Of a DNA stretch of 64,000 nt, positions 38,701 through 50,037 are shown piece by piece (position 1 is the stretch's first letter; every line of letters starts with the position of its first letter). This DNA is from Octopus vulgaris (taxonomy: Eukaryota): contig OX597821.1 in the NCBI GenBank assembly GCA_951406725.2, positions 36,828,001 through 36,892,000 of the forward strand. Reading direction: 5' to 3'. Below the pieces are notes generated by a model. That model was not told the DNA's origin and searched no databases. It saw nothing but the letters and a program-made list of their open reading frames with translations. The position numbers and the translations under genes are program-made.

Positions 38701-39976
38701 AATAATAAACCGTGATATGACGAGGGATTACTATAATATCTTAATAAAAAATGAGATGGTCATGGCTGGAATGCTTTTGGTCAGACTTCTCTTGACTCAA
38801 GACCAAAGTGGAATTGATAAAAAAAAATAACAAAATAGTTTTTTTTATATATCTTTAATTTTGTTTGAACACTTAATTTTTCTCCACCCAGTCAATTGAT
38901 CTGAATCTAAATGTTTTGCAGGCTTTGAATTGATAATCATTCAGTTTCTTTACCTCTGGTTTAACCTAATAAATTCTATTTCTATTGTTACCAGGCACTT
39001 GATGCTGCAACTCTGAAGGAACTTCAAGCAGCTTTACAGCTGTTTCTTAACAAAAAGGAGAAACTTATTCTGGAAACAAAGGTTTGTTCCATCTTGTTTC
39101 TTCAACCAGTTCTGTTTGTTCATATCACCTTCTCTGTCCCCTTTACCCTCCCTTCCTATGTTAACAAGGGATTTCTAATAAATAAAGCACTATCCGACTC
39201 GTGGCCGATGCCAGCGCCGCCTCGACTGGCTCCCGTGCCGGTGGCACATAAAATACACCAATCCGACCGTGGCCGTTGCCAGCCTCGCCTGGCACCTGTG
39301 CAGGTGGCACGTAAAAAGCACCCACTACACTCACGGAGTGGTTGGCGTTAGGAAGGGCATCCAGCTGTAGAAACATTGCCAGATAAGACTGGAGCCTGGT
39401 GCAGCCTTCTGGCTTCCCAGATCCCGGTCGAACCGTCCAACCCATGCTAGCATGGAGAACGGACGTTAAACGATGATGATGATTGGCATTAGGAAGGGCA
39501 TCCAGTCATAGAAACCAAGCCAAATCAGGTTGGAACCTAGTGCAGATTTCTGGCTTACCAGCTCTGGTCAAACCGTCCAAGCCATGCTAATGTGGAAAAT
39601 GGACATTGAACAATGATGATGATGATGACCTCGTTTAGTAATAGGTTTAACCTATCACTTTGTTTAACACTACCATGTGACTCCTGGGTACCTTTAGCTA
39701 TGTCCACTGTTGTGAGCATCCTGTCAAGATCCCCAGTCTGAGGACCACTTTGCATTGTGGTTCTTTTGACCTTCTGCTAAGGTCCCAACCGTCCATTTCC
39801 CACATAATTCTTTGCATATATTTTAAGATGTTTTTTTAACGATTTTTGTTTTCTCTTTGCAGGTGGATCCAACAATCATTGGAGGAATGTTGGTAAACAT
39901 CGGTGACAGATTTGTTGACATGTCTATGGCCACCAAAATTAGGACTTACACAAACTTAATCAAGCAAGCAGTATAA
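25318..39976 (+). CDS. ATP5PO: ATP synthase peripheral stalk subunit OSCP, 8 coding exons: 25318-25344, 27805-27849, 29902-30012, 31312-31384, 33618-33677, 36185-36297, 38995-39081, 39863-39976; 209 aa
   Basis: Spliced translation MASLKFVQP|[15 protein letters not shown]|[37 protein letters not shown]|[24 protein letters not shown]|[20 protein letters not shown]|[38 protein letters not shown]|[29 protein letters not shown]|[37 protein letters not shown]. Carries OSCP motifs [20 protein letters not shown] and DPxIIGG. All introns GT-AG, phases consistent, 630 nt. Confidence 0.96.
26050..26086. mobile_element. 37 bp minimal TIR element with 8 bp TSD
   Basis: aacttacc|GGTCAATATAAC-13nt-GTTATATTGACC|aacttacc. 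Confidence 0.7.
27805..27849 (+). CDS. ATP5PO: ATP5PO exon 2 (transit peptide, [15 protein letters not shown])
   Basis: Acceptor ttttcag, donor gtattt. Confidence 0.9.
29902..30012 (+). CDS. ATP5PO: ATP5PO exon 3
   Basis: [20 protein letters not shown]...; flanked by ttgcag and gtgagt. Confidence 0.96.
31312..31384 (+). CDS. ATP5PO: ATP5PO exon 4
   Basis: [24 protein letters not shown]; flanked by ttgaag and gtaagt. Confidence 0.9.
33618..33677 (+). CDS. ATP5PO: ATP5PO exon 5
   Basis: [19 protein letters not shown]; flanked by ttccag and gtgagt; phases 1/1. Confidence 0.9.
36185..36297 (+). CDS. ATP5PO: ATP5PO exon 6
   Basis: ALSENGR...[13 protein letters not shown]; flanked by tttcag and gtatgt. 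Confidence 0.96.
36727..37481 (+). mobile_element. BovB-like RTE LINE, 5'-truncated, in ATP5PO intron 6
   Basis: Stop-free ORF with [52 protein letters not shown]; (GA)n tail; candidate TSD aatatatat at 36718-36726 and 37482-37490. Confidence 0.9.
38151..38733. mobile_element. Tigger/pogo-like MITE interrupted by SINE B
   Basis: TIR cagtaatccctcg ... cgagggattacta; SINE B inside at ~38233-38617. Confidence 0.7.
38995..39081 (+). CDS. ATP5PO: ATP5PO exon 7
   Basis: [14 protein letters not shown]...ILETK; flanked by taccag and gtttgt. Confidence 0.93.
39863..39976 (+). CDS. ATP5PO: ATP5PO exon 8 (terminal)
   Basis: [21 protein letters not shown]...TAA; ATTAAA at ~40083 and AATAAA at 40188 are candidate polyA signals. 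Confidence 0.96.
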   Translation: MDPTIIGGMLVNIGDRFVDMSMATKIRTYTNLIKQAV

Positions 39977-41614
39977 TCTTGGGATACAAACTTTAGTCCT
40001 GTCAAAATATGTTGCTATGTCTCAGCAATTTGTCATTTCGTAGGGTTTTTATTCTTACGAACCTGTAAAACAACTCATTAGAATTAAAAGTTTTAACCTG
40101 GAAATCCTTTTATTTTTTTATTTTTTGTTATGATGAAAGGATTGTAATGAAGTCTGTTTGCAAAAGTCAAAGGCCACATACTGTAACAATAAATTGAATC
40201 TGTTACTTAGCTCTCAGCAAATGTTCTACAAGAATCATCAGGCATTGCTCTGTGGTTAAGAAACTTGCTTGCTAACCAAGTGGTTTCAGGTTCAATCCCA
40301 CTGTCCAGTAGCTTGGGCAAGTGTCTTCTACTATACCCCAAGTCAACTAATTCCTTGTGAGTGAATTTGGTAGATGGAAACTGTGTCGAAGCCTATTGTG
40401 CATCTTTATCTTTTACTTCTTTCAGTCATTGGACTGCAGCCATGCTGGGGCACTGCCTTGAAGAATTTTTAGTTGAATGAATCAGCCCCAGTAATTTTTT
40501 TTAAAGTCTGGTACTTATTCTATCGATCCCTTTTGCCAAACTGCTAAGTTACAAGGACATAAAGACACCAACACAGCAGTTGTTGGGTACAGACATAGAC
40601 ATGATGAGCCTTGTTCAGTTTCCATCTACCAGATCTGTTTCCAAGGCTTTGGTCAGCCTGACGCTATATTAGAAAGCACTAGCTTAAGGTCCCACGCAGA
40701 GCAACTGAACCTGAAACTATGTAGCTGGGAACCAAACTTCTTACCACACAGCCACGTGTGTGTGTTTATGCTTGTTCCTCATCACCATTTGATAACTGGT
40801 GTTGGTTTGCTTATGTCCCTGTAACTTAGCAGTTTTGCACAAGTGAGATAGAAAAAGTACCAGGGTCAATTTGTTCGACTATACTTTTTAAGGTAGTGCT
40901 TCAGCATGGCCACAGACTGATACAAGTAAAAGATATTTTATCTCAGCATTACTTACACATGTTATTCTACCATTTCAATTATTTGAACCCTTTTGATATC
41001 AGCCTATTTGAAACTGCTTCTTGTTTTGTTTTATGCAATAAAAAGCTAATTTTAAAATATTCGTCATTTTAATGTTGGCATGGGTCAGATAGAATTAGTC
41101 AAGGCAGATTTTCTACTAACCATATGTCCTTCCTGTCACCAATTCTCACCTGTTTCTAAGCAAGGTAACCTTTCTGCATCACCTGACAGCTTCAAAAACT
41201 TGAAAAAGGGAGACTACTTGTATAACAAAGGGATGGGTGCATTGTGTAATCTCATCTTAGAAACAGTGTTCTTGAGAGTCACAAGAAAAAAACCTTGAAT
41301 CATAGGTCTGCTCAACCAGCTAATCTTGGGCTTGGCAGCAGAGTCTAGGTAACATTAACATGGTTTCAACATAAAATAGATATATTATTTTAAGTAAAAT
41401 AGGTTAACCTATTAATGCTGTGTTTCGCATAGTTGTGTGACCTGAGGAGGCAGTCAAATTGCCATGTTTGATTAGAATTAAGATGATTTCAAAAATATTT
41501 TTATTTATCTTTTACTTGTTTCAGTCATTGGACTGTGGCTTGAAGGCTTTAGTCAAATCAACCCCAATATTTATTATTATTTTTCTTTTATATTTGGTCC
41601 TTATTCTGTCATCT

Positions 41615-42908
41615 TTTCTACAAAAGGCACAAGGCCTGAAATCTGAGGAGAGAGGACTAGTCGATGACATCGACCCCAGTGTTTCACTGGCACTTAATTT
41701 ATCAACCCCAAAGGGATGAAAGGCAAAGTCAACCACACCAGAATTTGAACTCAGAACATGAAGACTGGTGAAATACCACTAAGCATTTTGCCTGGCATAC
41801 TAATGATTCTGCCAGCTCCCACCTTAACAACAACAATTATAATCCTTTCTACTGTAGGCACAGAGCCTGAAAATTTGGGGGAGGGTTTAGTCAATTACAT
41901 TAACCCCAAATGTGTAACTGGTACATATTTCATCGACCCTGAAAGGATGAAAGGCAAAGTCAACCTCAGCAGAATTTGAACTCAGAAAGTAGTAGCAGAT
42001 GAAATGCCACTAAGCATTTCGCCCAGGGTGCTAATAATTCTGCCAGCTTGCCACCTTAATTATAATAATAATTTTTTCTACTCTAGGTACAAGGCCTGAA
42101 ATTATGGGGGAGGGTGCCAGTCGATTAGATCGACCTCAATATGCAACTGGTACTTAATTCATCAAATTGGTGAACTGACAAAAACGTTAGCACGCCGGGC
42201 GAAATGCTTCGCGGTATTTCGTCTGTCGTTACGTTCGGAGTTCAAATTCTGCTGAGATCAACTTTGCCTTTCATCCTTTCGGGGTCGATAAATTAAGTAC
42301 CAGTTATGCACTGGGGTCAATGTAATCAACTTAATCCCTTTGTCTGTCCTTGTTTGTCCCCTCTGTGTTTAGCCCCTTGTGGGTAGTAAAGAAATAGGTA
42401 CTTAATTCATCGACCCTGAAAGGATAAAAGACGAAGTCGACCTTGGCAGAATTAGAACTCAGAATGTAAAGACAGACGAAATACCACTAAGCATTTCACC
42501 TGGCATGCTAACGATTCTTATTTCTTTATTGCCTACAAGAGGCTAAACATAGAGGGGACAAACAAGGACAGACAAAGGGATTAAGTCAATTACATTGACT
42601 CCAGTGCGTAACTGGTACTTAATTTATTGACCCCGAAAGGATAAAAGGCAAAGTCGACCTAGGCAGAATTAGAAGTCAGAACGTAAAAACAGACGGAATA
42701 CCTATTTTTTTACTACCCACATACGAAGGCAGTGAGCTGGCAGAAACATTAGCACGCCAGGTGAAATGCTTAGCAGTATTTCATCTGTCTTTACGTTCTG
42801 AGTTCAAATTGCACCAAGGTCGACTTTGCCTTTCATCCTTTCAGGGTCGATCTAATCAACTGGTCTCGTCTCCAAATATTTCAGGCCTTGTGCCTAAAGT
42901 AGAAAAGA
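41615..42908. mobile_element. Dense cluster of about 7 nested SINE A/A' copies in both orientations
   Basis: Repeated aaaggatgaaaggcaaagtc core; A' at 42164-42396 sits inside a minus A copy with 15 bp TSD ggtacttaattcatc. Confidence 0.85.
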
Positions 42909-43025
42909 ATATATATGACACACATCCTGCTTCTGCTTTCCATTGCATGTATCATTTGTAACACTGAGGCTTTTATATTAGTATATTAGTATTTCAATTT
43001 ATAATGTCTTCAAGGAATGTGTTCA

Positions 43026-45213
43026 ACTATTATAACCTAAAAATTTTGTTTAATGAAATATAAATGATTGATTAAACAATAAGATAATAAAAAACATAAT
43101 CATAAAATGAAACAGGTAATTGTAATAGCCTACTTCAAGTAATTTATCCCTAAGTGGAAAGTTGAGAAATTCAAGTGTTGAGCAGACAAGGTATTGTTGA
43201 CATTGTTGCTTCATAAATGTGACCTTTGTATTATCACAGCACTGTAGAATACAAGCACACACACACATGCATAAATATATAGTAAGCTGTTGATAAGAGG
43301 ATAAATCTTTGGCCTAGATTCTTGTGAGAAGTTGCATTATGTTATAGGAATCCTGGTTTCATATTTTGGCACAATGCCAGCAATTTGGTGGAGGGGCTAA
43401 ATCAATTACCTCGAACCCAGTGTCAAACTGGTACTTATTTTATCAACCCTGAAAGGATGAAAGGCAAAATCGACTTTGGTGGAATTTGAACTCAGACTAT
43501 AAATACAGACAAAATGCCACTATGCATTTTGCCCAGCATGCTTACAATTCTTATTTCTTTATTGCCCACAAGGAGCTAAACATAGAGGGGACAGACAAAG
43601 GGATTAAGTTGATTACATCGACCCCAGTGCGTAACTGGAACTTAATTTATCAACCCCGAAAGGATGAAAGGCAAAGTCGACCTCGGGGGAATTTGAACTC
43701 AGAACGTAACAGCAAACGAAATACGGCTACGCATTTCGCTCGGCGTGCTAACGATTCTGCCAGCTTGCTGCCTTTTTGTCATAGCGATATTACACTTGGG
43801 AAAGGCATCAGGGTCCAAATTTACATTTTTTTGTAAATTGCAACACTTGCTTTTCGCAAGCATAATATTCCGCTAACATAATGCAACTTCACACAGGAAT
43901 CTAGGTCTAAGACTTATCCTTCCATCAACAGCTTGCTATATATTTAATTATTTGTTAAGTCTATTTCAGCTTCCATCTACCAAATCTACTCACCAGGCTG
44001 TGATCAACCTAAGGCTATAGTCGAAGACATTTACCCAAGGTGCCATACAGTGAGACTGAACCCCAATACATGAGGTAAACTTCTTAACCACAGCTTCACC
44101 TGCATTAGTATGTGTGTGTGTGTTGACTCACACACATGTATCTTCATCGTCATTTAACGTCCACTTTCCATGCTAGCATGGGTTGGACGATTTGACTGAG
44201 GTTTGGCAAACCAGATGGCTGCACCAGACACCAATCTGATCAGGCAGAGTTTCTACAGCTGGATGCCCTTCCTAACGCCAACCACTCCGAGAGTGTAGTG
44301 GGTGCTTTTACGTGCCACCTGCACGAGGACCAGTCAGGTGGTACTCGCAATGGCCATGCTCAAATATACATATATACGACGGGCTTCTTTCAGTTTCCGT
44401 CCACCAAATCCACCCACAAGGCTTTGGTTGGCCCGAGGCTATAGTAGAAGACACTTACCCAAGGTGTCACGCAGTGCGACTGAACCAGGAACCATGTGGT
44501 TCGTAAGCAAGCTACTTACCACACAGCTACTTCTACGCCTCTTACGTATTGTGTCTAACATGAGAAAATTTTTGTTGTATATATATTTTACGCACTGGGG
44601 TCAATGTAATCAACTTAATCCCTTTGTCTGTTCTTGTTTGTCCCCTCTATGTTTAGCCCCTTGTGGGCAATAAAGAAATAAGAATTGTAAGCATGCTGGG
44701 CAAAATGCATAGTGGTATTTTGTCTGTATTTATGGTCTGAGTTCAAATTCCACCAAAGTCGATTTTACCTTTCATCCTTTCAGGGTTGATAAAATAAGTA
44801 CCAGTTGGACACTGGGGTCGAGGTAATTGATTTAGCCCCTCCACCAAATTGCTGGCATTGTGCCAAAATATGAAACCAGTATTCCTATAACATAATGCAA
44901 CTTCTCACAAGAATCCAGGCCAAAGATTTGTCCTCTTATCAACAGCTTACTATATATTTATGCATGTGCATGTGTGTGTGTGTGCTTGTATTCTACAGTG
45001 CTGTGATAATACAAAGGTCACATTTATGAAGCAACAATGTCAACAATACCTTGTCTGCTCAACACTTGAATTTCTCAACTTTCCACTTAGGGATAAATTA
45101 CTTGAAGTAGGCTTTTACATTACCTGTTTCATTTCATGATTATTTTTTTTATTATCTTATTATTTAATCAATCATTTATATTTCATTAAACAAAATTTTT
45201 AGGTTATAATAGT
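43026..45213. repeat. Long inverted repeat: arms ~43026-43634 and ~44588-45213
   Basis: Arms are reverse complements over ~610 bp including non-SINE AT-rich sequence; ~950 bp spacer. Confidence 0.9.
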
Positions 45214-45595
45214 GTAACTGGTTATAATAGTGTAACTGGAACAGCATTTTATGACAGCAATTTTCAAATAGCTACTTAACACGGTTCATGTAATGGATCG
45301 TGCAACAAGGCTTTAAGTCTGTTGTTTTTTTATTCTAGAATAAACATTTGTCACGAATACATTTGGTGTACTTAATCAATATTTAAAATAATATTAAGAA
45401 AATTAACAAGAACATTTGCGTCCGTACTCTGGTGCCCTTGACCCATTCAAGACAAGACTGGCGAAACTTTGTTATCAGCAAAGCAAGCCATAAACGAGGC
45501 CACAACCGTAAACTGAGTAGTAACTAAGTTTATATTAATTCAGCATTAACTAAACTAGATCGACGCAAGATACAACATTGTTTAAAGCACTGAGA

Positions 45596-45613
45596 ATGGT
45601 AAAAGTAGCGGTG
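45596..45613 (+). CDS. CBR1: CBR1-like exon 1 (MVKVAV)
   Basis: ATG followed by perfect donor gtaagt; phase 0 joins VTGSNKGIG. Confidence 0.8.
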
Positions 45614-46450
45614 GTAAGTCGACCAAACATCCTGACTTCTCATATACATATAAGTATATTTTAGTGCGTTTGACTACATACACATTTAGTCATAACTACA
45701 GATTCCTGCCCCAACCCCACCGATAAAACACATATTCGTAGAAAATTTCTTTAAAAATATCCATTTTTCTGAAAGTTATGATCATCCAAAGTCGGTGGGG
45801 CAGGAATCTGTAGTTATGTCAACATTTATTCGTTAAAATCCAGACACCTAATGAACAGCCTTAATTTATGTTTAATAATTATACAAGATATATGAGCGGT
45901 AATTTTTTTTTTTTAAGTGTACGGTAAATTAAGAGCTTGACTTTTGTGTATTTACACATAATTTGGAGTATACACTGGCTTAATGTTATAATTAAGGTTA
46001 ATAATCAATACTTCTAAATATGTTATAGTTTTGTGCTGCGACAAATTTGTCACTGACTCTCTTCTAAATATTCTCAGTTGTTGTTTATATGCATTAACCG
46101 CTAAAGTCGAATTTCACGAAATTCTCCTGAGTGGCGATCATCGAGCTTCTGTTGTTTTAGGTTCGATGTGTATACGTGTGTGTGTATGTATTTATGTATG
46201 TATGTGTGTGTGTGTGTGGATGGATGGGTGGGTGGGTGGATGGATAGGTGTGTGGATGGAGGGCGGGATGGATGGATGGAATTCTCCTGAGCGGCGATCA
46301 TCGAGCTTCTGTTGTTAGGTTCGATGTGTATACGTGCGTGTGTGTGCATGTATATGTATGTATGTATGTATGGATGGATGGATGTTATTCTGCCTCTGAT
46401 ATTTGAGTACTCTTTTTTACCACCTTGTTTCACATTTATGTGCTTACTCC

Positions 46451-46505
<55 letters not shown>

Positions 46506-49500
46506 TATACACACACACAAATAATTTTATATAATTTTACTTATACCTTATAGATGAATATTTTATTCCTTTATTAACTATAAATTTGCCTTATTTATAT
46601 TTATCTTTCAGTCATCTCTATTTACTTTATTTATTGTTCCAGTTCTATTTGTTCACTTCACTTCATCCCTAGTCGTATTCTAATCAACCTGTAAACCCTT
46701 CACCAGAGCATATAATAATACTGTACGAATCATAAACCATAACATTTAGTCTGCTGAAATGGGATCTTTTCGGTTTGAACGGCAGTTTTTAACATAATTT
46801 CTAGGTAACTAAAAGATTTTAAACTTCGTATACTGGTAGAATGTGTTTATAAAACATCTTTTTCTGTTGGCTTTATTGAGAAAATTCTATAGTTTGTAAG
46901 ATATTTGTTGTTTTTTTTCTTCAATTTCTACAATTTCAACCAATCAGTGACGTGGGTTTATTTACATTTGTGAAGAAAAAAAAAGATACCCTTCCCCCCA
47001 CCCCTAACCTAACTAACCCTAACTCTAATACAGATTGAAATGCAATAGATCGATTCTACGGTCATAATTATGGGTGACAATTTCATACGACACCGCTAGA
47101 AAAAACTGCCGTTCAAACTGAAAATATCTCTGAAATGAATTGATAGGTCCACATCCTCTTCTCTCCAACAGGGAGTTGGATGAAGCTCTGCAACACTGGA
47201 GAGAATTGGGCTTGTCTGCTCCTGAGAAGGTGGAGGACTGTCGGAGCCAGAGAGCTTGGGACCACATAATATTTAAGGATACCTTTGATTCCCTCTTCAT
47301 CCAGTCGGACCAGTTTTCAAGGTTCCACTTATGTCTGCTAGTGCCAAATACTCAGGTGACTGGATTGATGCCATCCCTGTGGCTAATGTTGGTGGCCTGC
47401 TCAGCTTGGACGAACTTCATGTCTCCATTGCCCTCAATGGGAGCTGACATATGCACAGGTTTGATCTGTTATTGTGGCAGGCTCCTTGACTCCACGGGCC
47501 TCCATGGCCTTTCTGGGCACCTGAAAGCTGGTTGCTTCTCACATCATACGGAGTTGAACCTAATATTCAAGAAGAGCGTGGCTCAGGCAAACATCCCTTC
47601 CATCTTGGAACCATCTGGATTGTCCAGATGTGATAGGAAGAGACCTGACTGCCTCACCCTGTGCCCTTGGTCGCGAGGCAGATATCTTGCCTGGGATGTC
47701 ACAGTTAGCGACTCCTTTGCTTCTTCTCACATCCTGGATGCTGCAGTCAGGGCGAGATCCACAGCTTCTGCGGCCAAGCAGAACAAAATCCTGAAATACC
47801 ATGGTCTGTTAGCCAATGTCATTTTCCATCCTGTCGTGTTTGAGATATTTGGGGGTGTCGGACCACTAACTGCAAGATTCTTCTCTTCACTGGCAATTCA
47901 CCTTGCAGAGGTAACTGGTGAGGCTCTTGAGGGCGCTTGGTTGTTCAGTGCATCAGCCTCGCCATCACTCATGGCAATGCTGCAAGTGTGCTGGTGTGCC
48001 TCAATAGCCATTAGAAAGGTTTCCCAGTGCCCTCAACTTTTCAACCCAAGGTGGTGAATTGTTTTGTTTCTTTTTTTCTGTTTTCTTTCTTGTTTTTTGC
48101 TTTTTCCTTTTTATTTTTTTCACTGGTACTTACTTTGTTGACCTTGAAAGGATGAAAGGCAAAATCAACCCCGGCTTAATTTGAACTCAGCATGTACTGG
48201 CACTCTGTTGCTTACAATGACGAAGGTTCCATTTGATCCGATCAACAGAACAGCTTGCTCATGAGATTAACGTGCAAGTGGCTGAGCACTCTATAGACAC
48301 ACGTACCTCTTCACATACTTCTCAGAGAGATTCAATGTGACACAGTGTGTGACAAGGCTGGCTCCTTGAAATACAGGTATAACTCATTTTTGCCAGCTGA
48401 ATGGACTGGAGCAACGTGAAATAAAGTGTCTTGCTCAAGGTCACAACCTGCTGCCGAGAATCAAACTTGTGACCCTACGATTGTGAGCCAAATGCCCTAA
48501 CCCACTAAGCCATGTGCCTTCACTCTCAGAATGTAGTGATGGGCAAAATACTGCTAAGCATTTCGTCTAGTGTGCTAACAATTCTGTCAGTTCGCCACCT
48601 TAACAACAATGATAATAACCACAACAACAACAATGACAGCTAGAAAGGTTTTAAATCTTAAATTTGCCCAATTAGGACTGATTTGCATCTCAACAACATC
48701 ACCGACAAAACCAGCAAAGGAGTGCAGACTTAAAAAGAATCTAAAAACAGAATTATCAGCAAACAGCCTGAATTGGAAACTCTGTTTCCAGATATAGAAC
48801 TTGTTAAATACAATGACATGTCTAAATAGCACCAATTGATGTGTTAGCTTCTGCCCTGAATATAATAAAAGCAGTGTCACATGAATGGAAATCTCATTCA
48901 AATCAAGTAACTCTGGCCTGCTCATATTTCACTTAGTAACACTACCAGTAAGATATAAATAAAAATATGTGCATGGCTGTGTGGTAAGTAGCTTGCTAAC
49001 CAACCACATGGTTCCGGGTTCAGTCCCACTGCGTGGCATCTTGGGCAAGTATCTTCTACTATAGCCCCGGGCCGACCAATGCCTTGTGAGTGGATTTGGT
49101 AGGTGAAAACTGAAAGAAGCCCGTCGTATATATGTATATATATACGTGTATGTTTGTGTGTCTGTGTTTGTCCTCCTTGCATTGCTTGACAACCGATGCT
49201 GGTGTGTTTATGTCCCCGTTACTTAGCGGTTCAGCAAAAGAGACTGATAGAATAAGTACTGGGCTTACAAAGAATAAGTCCCGGGGTCGATTTGCTCGAC
49301 TAAAGATGGTGCTCCAGCATGGCCACAGTCAAATGACTGAAACAAGTAAAAGAGTAAAAGAGTAATAATGTTAACCCTTTAGCATTCAGGTTACTCTGTC
49401 AAATGCAATGTTTTTAGTTAATATTGTTTTGAATTAATCATATATTATCTCTTAGCTTCAAGATTTCGGCGAGGTGTTTGTTTATTTTTAGAATGACTTC

Positions 49501-50004
49501 GTAGGATTGGTGTAAGAGGCCAGATCTAGCTTGTTTGAATATAAAGCAGGTAGAATATTTGAACCAGATATAGTCTGTTTAAAAGGTAAAGGGTTAAACA
49601 TAAGTTGACATAAGCACATTAGACATCATTTAAATGACAAACTCTTTTTTTCTGTCTAAATAAACCCCAACAAATGCACCTAAAAATAAAAGGAAAAATA
49701 GTAAACTACCCAATAACTATATTGACGTATATATATATATATATATATATATAGTGGTTTTATCTCTAATTTAATTTATTTATATATATCTCTCTCTCTT
49801 TTACTCTTTTACTTGTTTCAGTCATTTTGACTGTGGCCATGCTGGAGCACCGCCTTTAGTCGAGCAAATCGACCCAAGGACTTATTTTTTGTAAGCCTAG
49901 TACTTATTCTATCGGTCTCTTTGCCGAACCGCTAAGTTACGGGGACATAAACACACCAGCATCGGTTGTCCAGCAATGTTGGGGGGACAAACACAGACAC
50001 ATAA

Positions 50005-50037
<33 letters not shown>

